Position numbers and translations under genes: made by a program | Notes under the pieces: model-generated | Database searches by the model: none | What the model saw: the letters and a program-made list of their open reading frames with translations, nothing else | What the model was told of the DNA's origin: nothing | Shown here: in pieces, positions 10,121 to 20,259 of the stretch | How positions within the stretch are numbered: position 1 is the stretch's first letter | How the letters are laid out: every line of letters starts with the position of its first letter | From: a virus | Taxonomy: Duplodnaviria > Caudoviricetes | Strand: one strand, 5' to 3' | Length of the DNA: 64,000 bases | IMG/VR virus record: IMGVR_UViG_3300026077_000001

Positions 10121-10588
10121 ATGTCACCTAAAAGAAAACAACACTACGTTGATAATAAAAAGTTTCTCGCAGAGATAACTAAGTATCGTCAAGATGTAGA
10201 AGAAGCTAAACGTTTAGACAAACCAAAACCAAGGATAACACACTACTTGGCAGAGTGTTTCTTAAAGATAGCAACACACTTATCATATAGACCTAACTTT
10301 ATTAACTATATGTTTAAGGAGGATATGATATCCGATGGTGTCGAGAATTGTGTTCAGTATATTGATAATTTTAATCCAGAGAAGAGCAAGAATCCATTCG
10401 CATACTTCACACAGATAATTTATTACGCTTTCTTAAGAAGGATAGCGAAAGAGAAGAGACAGATGGATATACGTGATAAGATAATTGAGAAGTCAGGATA
10501 TGATCAAGTGTTCCATAGCGATACCAATGATGACCATGCTGAAATGAACAGCATCAAAGGACGTATTGAAACAAGTATGAGGAACTGA
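10121..10588 (+). CDS. g55: Late-transcription sigma factor gp55
   Basis: Motifs HYVDNKKF, HLSYRPNFINY and NPFAYFTQIIYYAF. Confidence 0.96.
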   Translation: MSPKRKQHYVDNKKFLAEITKYRQDVEEAKRLDKPKPRITHYLAECFLKIATHLSYRPNFINYMFKEDMISDGVENCVQYIDNFNPEKSKNPFAYFTQIIYYAFLRRIAKEKRQMDIRDKIIEKSGYDQVFHSDTNDDHAEMNSIKGRIETSMRN

Positions 10589-11625
10589 TGAGTAATGTCC
10601 TCATAATTACGGACCAACACTTTGGAGTCCGTAACGATAATCAACATTACGTTGAGAGATATAGAAAATTTTATACAGAGAAGGTACTACCTACCATTGA
10701 TAAAGAAGGTATTACTGAGATACTAAATCTTGGAGACACCTTTGATAGAAGGAAGGGTGTTAACTTCCACTCTCTTGAAGCAGCAAAGGAGATGTGGTTT
10801 AGACCTCTACAAGATAGAGGAATTAAACAGACTATTCTACTAGGTAACCATGACATCTATTTCAAGAATACTCTCCGTGTTAATTCCCCTGAGCTTCTTC
10901 TTGGGGAGTTTGATAATATTGAGATCATTTATTGTCCAGGTGAGAGGCTTATAGGTGGCGAGAAGATGATGCTTGTCCCTTGGATTTGTGATGAGAATAG
11001 GGAAGCAACATTTGAAGCAATTGCAGATACAGATGCCAAGTATTGTATGGGTCATCTGGAATTAAAAGGATTTAATCCTATTCCTGGTGTCACTATGACA
11101 CATGGTGATGATGCTTCTGATTTTTCTAAGTTTGATATGGTATGCTCAGGACATTTCCACTGTAAAAGTCAGAAAGGAAACGTTACTTACCTAGGTAATC
11201 CATGTCAGTTGTACTGGAATGACTTTGGTAGTGACCGAGGATTCCACATCCTAAATACTTCTACACAAAAGTTAAAATTTTATAGGAATCCATACGATAC
11301 TTTCCAGAAAATCTATTATAAAGACGATATTAAATTAACTCCACACATGCTTAAGAAGTTGGAGGGTACTTATGTTAAACTTATTGTAGAACAGAAAGAG
11401 GATCAAGTTAAATTTGACCAAGTATGCAGAAGATTACAAGCAGTAGACTTAGCAGACCTTAAAATTATTGAGGACATGTCATATGATTTGGCAGATGATA
11501 CTGGTTGGGATGCTGAGGTAGAAGATACACTAACCATACTTGAATCATGTGTAGCAGAATTTGATAATAAAGATAAGATATTTGGAATACTCAAGTCGTT
11601 ATACATGGAAGCACAAGAGGTATGA
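10588..11625 (+). CDS. g47: Recombination nuclease subunit gp47 (Mre11/SbcD-like)
   Basis: Metallophosphoesterase motifs TDQHFG, LGDTFD, GNHD and GHFH. Confidence 0.95.
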   Translation: MSNVLIITDQHFGVRNDNQHYVERYRKFYTEKVLPTIDKEGITEILNLGDTFDRRKGVNFHSLEAAKEMWFRPLQDRGIKQTILLGNHDIYFKNTLRVNSPELLLGEFDNIEIIYCPGERLIGGEKMMLVPWICDENREATFEAIADTDAKYCMGHLELKGFNPIPGVTMTHGDDASDFSKFDMVCSGHFHCKSQKGNVTYLGNPCQLYWNDFGSDRGFHILNTSTQKLKFYRNPYDTFQKIYYKDDIKLTPHMLKKLEGTYVKLIVEQKEDQVKFDQVCRRLQAVDLADLKIIEDMSYDLADDTGWDAEVEDTLTILESCVAEFDNKDKIFGILKSLYMEAQEV

Positions 11626-11897
11626 TGTTTATCCTGACAGATAATAAAACTAATGGAGTATATGCTGTCAGAGATGATAAGACTGTGGAGCGTGTTGTTC
11701 AGATATTCCTTGACAAAGACGATGCTACACGTTATTATGATATGTTGAAGGCCATTGATTACCCTCGACTACTTGATGTAACTGAGGTTGAAGAAGACCA
11801 AGTAAAAGAGAATTGTAAATTGCATGGGTATGCCTTTACAATCATCTCACCTGATGAAGTTGTAGTACCGCCACAAACTAAGAATGATCACTTTTGA
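11622..11897 (+). CDS. Hypothetical protein
   Basis: ORF overlapping the ends of g47 and g46. Confidence 0.7.
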   Translation: MMFILTDNKTNGVYAVRDDKTVERVVQIFLDKDDATRYYDMLKAIDYPRLLDVTEVEEDQVKENCKLHGYAFTIISPDEVVVPPQTKNDHF

Positions 11898-13545
11898 AAA
11901 GATTCGTTGGAAGAATTTCCTTGCCACTGGCAACACATTTACACAAGTAAATATTACCGAGTCTTCATCCCATCTTGTAGTGGGTGCTAATGGTGCAGGT
12001 AAGTCCACGATGTTGGATGCCCTGTGCTTTGTTTTGTTCGATAGACCCTTTCGTAAAATCACAAAGTCACAGTTAGTTAACAGTATTAATGAACGTGACA
12101 CTATAGTGGAGATTGAATTTACTATTGGGAGTACATACTATAAGATTATCCGAGGTAGAAAACCAAATGTATTTGAAATTTATAGAAACGGTACATTACT
12201 TGACCAAGATGCTGCAACAAAAGACTACCAGAAGTACCTTGAAACAAACATACTCAAACTCAACTTCAAGTCATTCACACAGGTTGTCATCCTTGGTTCA
12301 TCCACATTTGTCCCCTTCATGCAACTCAACGCACCTGTCCGTAGAGAAGTTATCGAAGATTTACTCGACATCCAGGTCTTCTCAAGAATGAATAACCTGT
12401 TGAAAGACAGAGTTAAAGGAGCAAGAGATATTATTAAAGACTGTGAGCATGAGTTGAAACTTGCAGGACAACAGGTAGAGATGCAAGAGAAGTCTATCCT
12501 TAGTATGGAGAAGATTAACTCAGAGAATAAGCAAGTAGCATGGAATCGAATGTCTGACATCAAGAAAACGATGTCAGGTAATGAGGCACAGCATACTAGA
12601 TTGACTGATAAACTTGTAGGTATGCAAGAGATTCAATTCAGATATGATGAGATGAAGGATATGCGTGTCAAGATTAAGCATAACCTAGACAAAGCAGAGA
12701 AAGATTTAAAATTCTATTGGGAGAATGATAACTGTCCTACTTGTAATCAGGTGTTAATGGACAAGAGTGAGTTAATTGATGGTGCTACTGGTAGACAAGA
12801 GAGGTTTAAGAATGGTCTAGCAACTATTACAGACGCACTTAACCGTGCTAATACAACTATAGAAGAATTTAAAGGTGTAGTAGAGGAAATAAACGGTATC
12901 ACACACGAAAATAAGAGTCTAAAGAAGGAAATGAAGAGACTCACTAAGCAAGTTGAAGAAGATACACCTGATATTGACAGTGAAAAGTTACAGTTACTTG
13001 AATTTAAGAATCTTTTAGGGGATACAGAGGAGAGATGTGCTAAAGTTAATGAAGATTACGGTGATTTACAGGTAGTTGGGTCACTATTAAAGGACAGTGG
13101 CATTAAATCTAAGATTATATCTAAGTTTATCCCTATAATTAACCAATTAATCAATAAATATCTACAGTCGATGGACTTCTACATCAATTTCACCCTTGAT
13201 GAGGAGTTTAATGAGGTTATTAAGAGTAGATTTCGTGATGAATTCTCTTATGCGTCCTTCTCAGAGGGAGAGAAGCAGAAAATTGACCTAGCACTCCTCT
13301 TTACATGGAGAGAGATAGCAAGACTCAAGAATTCTTCTGCTACTAACCTTCTTATACTGGATGAGGTCTTTGATTCATCCCTAGATGACGCTAGTACTGA
13401 TGAATTACTCAAGATTCTTAAGAGTCTGGGTAAGAATGTTAATTTATTTGTCATTTCTCACAAAGGTGAGCTACTTCTTGATAAATTTGAGAAAACCCTA
13501 CGTTTTGAGAAGGTCAATGATTTTTCCAAACTGGCAGCATCATAG
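11884..13545 (+). CDS. g46: Recombination ATPase gp46 (Rad50/SbcC-like)
   Basis: Walker A GANGAGKS, zinc hook CPTC, signature FSEGEK and Walker B LILDEVFD. Confidence 0.97.
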   Translation: MITFEKIRWKNFLATGNTFTQVNITESSSHLVVGANGAGKSTMLDALCFVLFDRPFRKITKSQLVNSINERDTIVEIEFTIGSTYYKIIRGRKPNVFEIYRNGTLLDQDAATKDYQKYLETNILKLNFKSFTQVVILGSSTFVPFMQLNAPVRREVIEDLLDIQVFSRMNNLLKDRVKGARDIIKDCEHELKLAGQQVEMQEKSILSMEKINSENKQVAWNRMSDIKKTMSGNEAQHTRLTDKLVGMQEIQFRYDEMKDMRVKIKHNLDKAEKDLKFYWENDNCPTCNQVLMDKSELIDGATGRQERFKNGLATITDALNRANTTIEEFKGVVEEINGITHENKSLKKEMKRLTKQVEEDTPDIDSEKLQLLEFKNLLGDTEERCAKVNEDYGDLQVVGSLLKDSGIKSKIISKFIPIINQLINKYLQSMDFYINFTLDEEFNEVIKSRFRDEFSYASFSEGEKQKIDLALLFTWREIARLKNSSATNLLILDEVFDSSLDDASTDELLKILKSLGKNVNLFVISHKGELLLDKFEKTLRFEKVNDFSKLAAS

Positions 13546-13708
13546 TAAGAAGGATGCTAAACGTCATCTCAAGCCGCAGGCACTACGGTCTGCACGAGAG
13601 AGGCGAAGACACTTGAAGAAGTGTCTACTAAACCCTCCCAAGCGGAGGGTTTCCTATTATACTATTAATATACACACGAGATTACATGACAAATCGCTTT
13701 CAATATAA
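13517..13708 (+). CDS. Small basic hypothetical protein
   Basis: PNWQHHSKKDAKRHLKPQALR motif, of a kind I recall from cyanomyoviruses. Confidence 0.6.
   Translation: MIFPNWQHHSKKDAKRHLKPQALRSARERRRHLKKCLLNPPKRRVSYYTINIHTRLHDKSLSI
13630..13652 (+). terminator. Strong hairpin, possible terminator
   Basis: AAACCCTCC-CAAGC-GGAGGGTTT with only a short T tract. Confidence 0.4.
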
Positions 13709-15923
13709 CGAGGTCAAGGGAGCACTAGCAAAGTTGCTTGCAACAGAAAACCTCCTCGTCGAACATAGGGATTGCGAGACTGCATCATTCAATGTTGACA
13801 CAAGAGTACTAACATTACCATTGTGGGACTGCTCAGACCGTGTATACAACATGTTGGTTGGACATGAGGTCGGGCATGCACTGTTTACACCCACTGAGGA
13901 CTGGACTGATGTAGCAAAATCCCTTCCCAAGTCATACATTAACGTAACTGAAGACGCACGTATCGAAAAACTAATGAAGAGGAAGTTTCCTGGTCTTCAG
14001 AAGGATTTCTATCAAGGTTATCAACAACTAGACCAAAAAGATTTCTTTGGTATCAGAGATGAGGATACTAATACCCTCAAGTTGATTGATAGAATCAATC
14101 TTTACTTTAAAATTGGTGCATATGCACTTATCCCCTTCGATGACTCTGAGATACCCCTCAGAGACCTTACAGGTGCTGCTGAGACCTTTGAGGAAGCATT
14201 GAAGGCAGCACTAGCAATATATGAATATGAAAATGAGCAGCAGAAAGAGCAAGAATCTCTAGGCACTGCTGAATCAGGTGATACAGAAGACTTCTCACTC
14301 AACGATTTGGTTGGTGGTAAGGAAGGTCAGGAAGGTGAGGAAGAGTCTGATGATGCAGACCAACCTGCAACACCTCAGCAACGTCCTAATCAAGAAGCTG
14401 CTGACCTAGAGACTCCTTCTTACGAGCAAGAAAACGAGGAGACTCAACAGAGACAAGGTGGTGAGTCAAGTGAATCATTGACTGCTCAGAATCTTGAGTC
14501 TGCACTAAAAGATATGATGCAGCAAAATAATTCTGGATACCAACCAGTTTACATGGAGATTGATAACATTGATATCAATCAAGTAGTTGTTAGTCCTCAG
14601 AGGATTCATGAAGAGACTGAAAAATTCTATCAGTCAGAGCAATTCACTAACCCTAGTCACTACTACCACACATGTAATGACTTCTCATATGTGGACGGTG
14701 AGTTTAACAAATTCAAACGTGACTCTAATCGTGAAGTAAACTACCTCACTAAAGAGTTTGAAATGAAGAAGTCTGCTGCTGCATATGCACGTGCATCTGT
14801 TTCTAGGACTGGTATCCTTGACACACAGAAACTTCACACATATAAATGGAATAATGACATCTTTAAGAAGGTTACTACCATTCCTGATGGTAAGAATCAT
14901 GGTCTTCTATTCCTACTAGACTGGTCAGGTAGTATGTCTGAGTGTATCCTTGACACATACAAGCAACTACTAGCACTATGCTTCTTCTGTAGGAAAACAC
15001 AGATTCCTTTCGAGGTATATGCATTCGTAAATGATGGTCACTGGTCTGAAGGTTACACGGAAAACTATGAAGGTCGTCCAAATACATTACATATAGACCA
15101 ACACTTCCATCTCCTTAACTTCTTGAGTAGTAAACTTAACAACCAAGATTTTGATACTTATGCTAAGGATATCTGGAGAGTTTGTATGTCAATCGACAGT
15201 CGTTACGGTCAAAGTTTCAAACTATTCCGTAGACAGATGCAAGATGGACTCCTAGAGAAGTGGCCTGATATTCCTGACAGAATTCCTCAGCATATGTCAC
15301 TCGGTGGCACTCCATTGAATGAAGCAATTGCATGTTTCCAGACTATCATTCCAAAATTCCAACAGGAATATAATCTTGAGAAGTGCCATGTAAGTATCCT
15401 ATCTGATGGTGAAGCACAGTGGTCTAATATGTGGAGAAAATCCATTCAAAAGAACTACGCTACTGGTGAAGAGGAGGAAATGGTACATCGTGCATCTATC
15501 GGTTACTCAACTCAGTTGAGAGATCGTAAGAAAGGTAGAGTCTATGGTAATGGTAATGGTGACGATAGGGATATTACTAAGCAACTTCTCATGTATATGA
15601 AGGGTAAGTTTCCTCACTGTAACTTCTTAGGTTTCCGTATTGCTAATCCACGTGAGGTTACCAACTACTTGGGTAGAGAACTTGAGCGTAGTGAGTATGT
15701 TAAGAAGTATAAGGAGTGGACTAAAAACAAAACTGTTGGTGTTAGTATATTAGGGTATCAAGAGATTTACTTTTTCTCCCATAAGATTCTAAATACTGAC
15801 GTTGAGTTTGAAGTTGATGAAGATGCAACTAAGGGACAGATTAAAAATGCATTTAAGAAATCCCTAAAAGCAAAAGCAAACAACAAGAAGATTCTTTCTT
15901 CCTTTATCACACAAATTGCATGA
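13686..15923 (+). CDS. CobT-like protein: HExxH peptidase-like N-terminus, acidic linker, vWA C-terminus
   Basis: GHEVGH, MIDAS motif LLDWSGSM, LGGTPLNEA and ILSDG. Confidence 0.85.
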   Translation: MTNRFQYNEVKGALAKLLATENLLVEHRDCETASFNVDTRVLTLPLWDCSDRVYNMLVGHEVGHALFTPTEDWTDVAKSLPKSYINVTEDARIEKLMKRKFPGLQKDFYQGYQQLDQKDFFGIRDEDTNTLKLIDRINLYFKIGAYALIPFDDSEIPLRDLTGAAETFEEALKAALAIYEYENEQQKEQESLGTAESGDTEDFSLNDLVGGKEGQEGEEESDDADQPATPQQRPNQEAADLETPSYEQENEETQQRQGGESSESLTAQNLESALKDMMQQNNSGYQPVYMEIDNIDINQVVVSPQRIHEETEKFYQSEQFTNPSHYYHTCNDFSYVDGEFNKFKRDSNREVNYLTKEFEMKKSAAAYARASVSRTGILDTQKLHTYKWNNDIFKKVTTIPDGKNHGLLFLLDWSGSMSECILDTYKQLLALCFFCRKTQIPFEVYAFVNDGHWSEGYTENYEGRPNTLHIDQHFHLLNFLSSKLNNQDFDTYAKDIWRVCMSIDSRYGQSFKLFRRQMQDGLLEKWPDIPDRIPQHMSLGGTPLNEAIACFQTIIPKFQQEYNLEKCHVSILSDGEAQWSNMWRKSIQKNYATGEEEEMVHRASIGYSTQLRDRKKGRVYGNGNGDDRDITKQLLMYMKGKFPHCNFLGFRIANPREVTNYLGRELERSEYVKKYKEWTKNKTVGVSILGYQEIYFFSHKILNTDVEFEVDEDATKGQIKNAFKKSLKAKANNKKILSSFITQIA

Positions 15924-16444
15924 ATATCTTTGCTGTAGATGAGGATCCTGCACTAGCAGCATTCTCTCTACCAGACAAACACATTGTTAAGATGCCATTA
16001 GAGACCACGCAAATGATTGCGTTGGTCTTTTCTAAGTGGTATTGGAATAAAGGACCTGTATTGAAGAAGGATGGCACTCCTTATAAGACAGAGAAGGGTG
16101 CCTTCCGTAATCACCCATGTACCAAATGGGCAGCAAAGAATGACCATAACTTTCAATGGTTGTTACAGCATGGTATCTCGTTATGTAATGAGTATGAGTC
16201 TCGGTATGGTAAGAAACACGCATGTGAAACAAGTATTAGGATAGCAGGTCTTATACAGATGGAAGCAGGTTGTCCAGAGAAACATAGTCCATTCGTTAGG
16301 GCAATGCCTTTAGAGTTTCAGACTCTTAAATGTAGTACTGTTGAAGCATATAGATTATATGTTGCAAGTAAGCCATGGGTTCACGATAATTACAAGCGTG
16401 TGCCAGATAACAAACCGTCCTGGTTGTCCACCACTTTAGTCTAA
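15920..16444 (+). CDS. Pyrimidine-dimer DNA glycosylase / DenV-family-like protein
   Basis: Motifs MNIF...DKHIVKMPLETTQM and HPCTKW. Confidence 0.6.
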   Translation: MNIFAVDEDPALAAFSLPDKHIVKMPLETTQMIALVFSKWYWNKGPVLKKDGTPYKTEKGAFRNHPCTKWAAKNDHNFQWLLQHGISLCNEYESRYGKKHACETSIRIAGLIQMEAGCPEKHSPFVRAMPLEFQTLKCSTVEAYRLYVASKPWVHDNYKRVPDNKPSWLSTTLV

Positions 16445-16484
16445 ACCTGTGTATAATAATAGTATAAACAAATTAAACGATTCA

Positions 16485-17579
16485 ATGCCAGTTAAAGTAT
16501 CAGTCACCCCAGAAGACTTGAGAGATTATCTAGTAGGTGAGTTCGGTACTGATGTTAAGACCGAGCAACTACTAAAAGCCTGTGACCATTTCGGTCTTGC
16601 ATACCAAACGGTAACAAAATATTTGCTACAATATAAGGTGAAGCGAGGAGTCTGGAATTTGACAGTAGAAGAAGCACGTCAGCAACTTGAGCAGACAGTG
16701 ACCCTTGTATCACCTGAGGTTAAGAATTTGGTACCAGAGAAAGATCCAAACTACGTACCATTCGGAAACTTCAATGACTTGAAGAAGATTATTAATAGTA
16801 AAATCTTCTATCCTATTTTTGTTACTGGATTGTCTGGTAACGGAAAGACCTTCTCTGTGGAGCAAGCATGTGCTCAAACAAAGAGGGATTTAATTCGTGT
16901 AAACATTACAGTGGAGACTGATGAAGACGATCTTATTGGTGGTTTCCGTCTTGTTGATGGCAACACCGTCTGGCATAACGGCCCAGTCATCGAAGCCCTT
17001 GAGCGAGGTTCAGTCTTGCTCCTTGACGAGATCGACCTTGCCTCTAACAAAATTCTCTGCCTTCAGAGTATCCTTGAAGGAAATGGAGTTTTTCTTAAAA
17101 AGGTTGGAAGATTCGTTAAGCCAAGAGACGGATTTACCGTCATCGCAACCGCAAATACTAAAGGTAAGGGTTCAGACGACGGAAGATTTATTGGAACTAA
17201 CGTGCTCAATGAAGCCTTCCTTGAAAGATTCCCCATAACTTTCGAGCAAGAGTATGCATCTCCTAAGACAGAGACAAGAATGCTCAACAACTACTGTAAA
17301 GAGTTGAATTGCTGTGATGAAAAGTACATTTCTAACTTGACATCATGGGCAGACATCATCCGTAAGACCTTTAATGAGGGTGGAGTGGATGAAGTTATCT
17401 CTACACGTCGTCTTGTGCATATCATCCGTGCCTTTGCTATCTTTAAAGATAGAGTTAAGGCAATCAAGGTGTGCTTGAATCGTTTTGATGACGAGACAAA
17501 GCAGTCATTCCTTGAGTTGTATGATAAGATAGACAATGAGGTAGACATCGAAAACCTTGACAACATTCTAGCCACGTGA
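16485..17579 (+). CDS. cobS: CobS/MoxR-type AAA+ ATPase
   Basis: Walker A GLSGNGKT, Walker B LLLDEID, ATANTKGKG and LNEAFLERF. Confidence 0.92.
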   Translation: MPVKVSVTPEDLRDYLVGEFGTDVKTEQLLKACDHFGLAYQTVTKYLLQYKVKRGVWNLTVEEARQQLEQTVTLVSPEVKNLVPEKDPNYVPFGNFNDLKKIINSKIFYPIFVTGLSGNGKTFSVEQACAQTKRDLIRVNITVETDEDDLIGGFRLVDGNTVWHNGPVIEALERGSVLLLDEIDLASNKILCLQSILEGNGVFLKKVGRFVKPRDGFTVIATANTKGKGSDDGRFIGTNVLNEAFLERFPITFEQEYASPKTETRMLNNYCKELNCCDEKYISNLTSWADIIRKTFNEGGVDEVISTRRLVHIIRAFAIFKDRVKAIKVCLNRFDDETKQSFLELYDKIDNEVDIENLDNILAT

Positions 17580-17583
17580 TATC

Positions 17584-17898
17584 ATGAAATACAGAGAAGA
17601 TGATACGATTAAAGTCGTATCAGATTATATCTCTCAGACATATCGAAGTCATTACTCTAATGATGAAAAGGGGATTCAAACTTTGGATCTCCTTGAATCA
17701 ATCGGGACAGCAGAGCAATTCTGTCAGTCCAATATCATTAAGTATGCATCTCGGTACAAAAAGAAGAGTCAGCATAAGAGTGATGTGCTAAAAATCATTC
17801 ACTATGCTATACTATTATATTATTTCTCAGGTACGTCGTACCCTGATGACAAACCAGTCCAAATTGGCACCCCTCCGTCTTTGATTGATTACGAATGA
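17584..17898 (+). CDS. DUF3310-like hypothetical protein
   Basis: HYS...FCQSNIIKYASRYKKK motif. Confidence 0.6.
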   Translation: MKYREDDTIKVVSDYISQTYRSHYSNDEKGIQTLDLLESIGTAEQFCQSNIIKYASRYKKKSQHKSDVLKIIHYAILLYYFSGTSYPDDKPVQIGTPPSLIDYE

Positions 17899-18614
17899 CA
17901 CAACTACAGAATTTTAGAACAGTAAAATTGAGTAAGAAGACTGTTGATTTGCTGCGTAACTTCAGCACAATCAATAAGTCTGTCCTTATCCCCCAAGGTA
18001 AACTTCTTGAGACTATTTCAGTTAACAAGAATATTATTGCGATGACATCTATTCAAGAATTTATTCCTGAGCAGATGGCAATCTATGATTTACCTTTGTT
18101 CCTTGGAGCATTGTCTCTGTTTAAGGAACCAGTCCTTAATTTCCCTGATGATAAGAGGGTAATCATCTTTGATGAGGAGACTAAGGGTAAGACAGTATTC
18201 TATTACAGTGACCCTGAGATCATTGTAACTCCACCAGATTTTAATGGTGACCTTCCTGATAAGGAACTTCACTTTGACCTTCCTCAACAGGACATTCAAC
18301 AACTGTTGCAAGCAGCGAAGGTGTATGGGGTAGAAGATTTGTGTGTCTATGGATTTGAAGGTGAGTATAGTGTATGTGTTAAGGACAAGAAGAATGATAC
18401 TTCTAATGTCTTCTCACTACCACTGAAGAAAGTCACGTTTGAAAGACCTTCGGAGATGAATGATGAGCGTCGTAACTTCTGCTATTGTTTCAAAGTTGAA
18501 AACTTGAAACTAAGTGATGGTAGTTACCATGTTACAATAAGTAAGAAGAATATTGCAGCGTTTATTTCATTGACTCATAATGACCTCTCTTACTACATTG
18601 CCTTGGAGCCTTAA
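17895..18614 (+). CDS. g45: Sliding clamp gp45
   Basis: Motifs LLRNFSTINKS, IYDLPLFL and YYIALE. Confidence 0.93.
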   Translation: MTQLQNFRTVKLSKKTVDLLRNFSTINKSVLIPQGKLLETISVNKNIIAMTSIQEFIPEQMAIYDLPLFLGALSLFKEPVLNFPDDKRVIIFDEETKGKTVFYYSDPEIIVTPPDFNGDLPDKELHFDLPQQDIQQLLQAAKVYGVEDLCVYGFEGEYSVCVKDKKNDTSNVFSLPLKKVTFERPSEMNDERRNFCYCFKVENLKLSDGSYHVTISKKNIAAFISLTHNDLSYYIALEP

Positions 18615-19152
18615 GGACGATTTTCTAACTCCTAGTTACCACCGAGAACTCTTAAACTATCTTGGTGGTAATGAGATGGAGTGGTTTTATCAAGCGGATA
18701 TCAGCAGAGGAGCTCTGGCAGATCCTGAGTTAGGTAAGCAAGGATTTAGTCATAATTTTATTAGGGATGATGTACAAATTCAACCCAATCCTGCTACCTC
18801 TTTAATCATGCCACTGGTATTCCAGATTCAAGATTTAATTGGGTGCAGTAATGCACGTATTAGATGCAGAGCAGACATGACCATGTATAATCCTAATGGG
18901 ATTGTCCATCATCCACATGTAGACTTTGAGCACCCACACATGGCATCTATCTATTATGTTAATGACTCTGATGGTGATACTATTCTCTTCAATGAGCAAG
19001 GTGACCAACAAGGGTTAGTAACTCTTACTGAGATGGCAAGGATTAAACCTAAAGCAAACAGACTCCTAGTATTCCAAGGTAGTCACCTACATACAGGGCA
19101 CTCACCTAAGGAACATCCCAACCGCATTATTATTAACACTGATTATGGATAA
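18580..19152 (+). CDS. 2OG-Fe(II) oxygenase-like protein
   Basis: HVD...H triad, YYVNDSDGDT and RIIIN. Confidence 0.75.
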   Translation: MTSLTTLPWSLKDDFLTPSYHRELLNYLGGNEMEWFYQADISRGALADPELGKQGFSHNFIRDDVQIQPNPATSLIMPLVFQIQDLIGCSNARIRCRADMTMYNPNGIVHHPHVDFEHPHMASIYYVNDSDGDTILFNEQGDQQGLVTLTEMARIKPKANRLLVFQGSHLHTGHSPKEHPNRIIINTDYG

Positions 19153-20089
19153 ACTGTTTCTCTGGGTAGAAAAGTATCGACCACAGACAGTAGCGGAGTG
19201 CATTCTCCCTGAGCATACGAAGAAATTGTTTCAAGGATTCATTGACCAAGGTGAATGTCCTAATCTTTTACTGTCAGGGTCGGCAGGTGTAGGTAAAACT
19301 ACGATTGCTAAAGCATTATGTAAAGAATTAGGAGCAGATTTCTATGTCATTAATGGGTCTGATGAAGGTAGATTCCTGGACACTGTACGCAATCAGGCAA
19401 AGACCTTTGCTAGTACTGTTTCTCTTACATCTGGGGCTCGTCACAAGGTTATCATTATTGATGAAGCAGATAATACCACCCCCGACGTACAACTATTACT
19501 TAGAGCATCCATCGAGGAATTCCAGAAGAATTGCAGGTTCATATTCACGTGTAATTATAAAAATAAGGTCATAGAACCCCTCCATAGTAGGTGCTCAGTG
19601 GTCGATTTTTCGGTCAAAGGAGCAGAGAAGAAAGCACTAGCGGAGCAATTCTTTAAAGCAGTTAAGGTTATCCTTGAGATGGAAATGATTTCCTACGAGG
19701 ATAAGGTTGTGGCCGAAGTTGTAATGAAGCACTTCCCAGACTTTAGAAGGACTCTTAATGAGTTACAAAGGTATGCTGCAACTGGTAAGATTGATGCAGG
19801 TATTCTAGGGTCATCAAATGATTTTAGTATTGAAAAGGTAGTAGGTTATCTTAGGAAGAAAGAGTTTACCAACATGAAGAAGTGGGTTGCTCAGAATATG
19901 GATAACGAACCTAAAGTTATCATGCGTAAGTTGTATGATAATCTTTATAACTATCTTAACGCAGGGTCTATTCCCGAAGCAGTCATTATTATATCTGAGT
20001 ATCAATACAAATCTGCATTTGTAGTTGACCAAGAGATTAATATGGTTGCATTCATGACAGAGTTAATGATGAGGTGTGAATTCAAATGA
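19145..20089 (+). CDS. g44: Clamp loader large subunit gp44
   Basis: Motifs WVEKYRP, GSAGVGKT, IIIDEAD and LHSRC. Confidence 0.97.
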   Translation: MDKLFLWVEKYRPQTVAECILPEHTKKLFQGFIDQGECPNLLLSGSAGVGKTTIAKALCKELGADFYVINGSDEGRFLDTVRNQAKTFASTVSLTSGARHKVIIIDEADNTTPDVQLLLRASIEEFQKNCRFIFTCNYKNKVIEPLHSRCSVVDFSVKGAEKKALAEQFFKAVKVILEMEMISYEDKVVAEVVMKHFPDFRRTLNELQRYAATGKIDAGILGSSNDFSIEKVVGYLRKKEFTNMKKWVAQNMDNEPKVIMRKLYDNLYNYLNAGSIPEAVIIISEYQYKSAFVVDQEINMVAFMTELMMRCEFK

Positions 20090-20259
20090 ACCCGAGTAAA
20101 GAAATGATTGAAAATTGGGAGAATGATTACCTCTCTGATGCATTCAATGTCATCAACAAACGTGAGAGGGAGATCCTAGAAGGATCTCCATTGAAATCCC
20201 ATGAAGGCATGGTCTATGGACGCATGTATGCTGAGTGGAAAAATAAATATGAAAGTTAG
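20086..20259 (+). CDS. Small hypothetical protein (57 aa)
   Basis: Translated by hand: MNPSKEMIENW...KNKYES. ATGA-coupled to g44. Confidence 0.65.
   Translation: MNPSKEMIENWENDYLSDAFNVINKREREILEGSPLKSHEGMVYGRMYAEWKNKYES

Noticed and set aside
16485-17579. cobS as evidence of cobalamin biosynthesis
   Set aside because: There are no other cob genes in the window, and the partner is a vWA protein among replication genes, consistent with a general MoxR-type chaperone.
17557-17585. Good sigma70 match TTGACA-N17-TATCAT as the promoter of the ORF at 17584
   Set aside because: The -10 overlaps that ORF's ATG, so it cannot serve that start. It may drive g45 instead, but this is unresolved.
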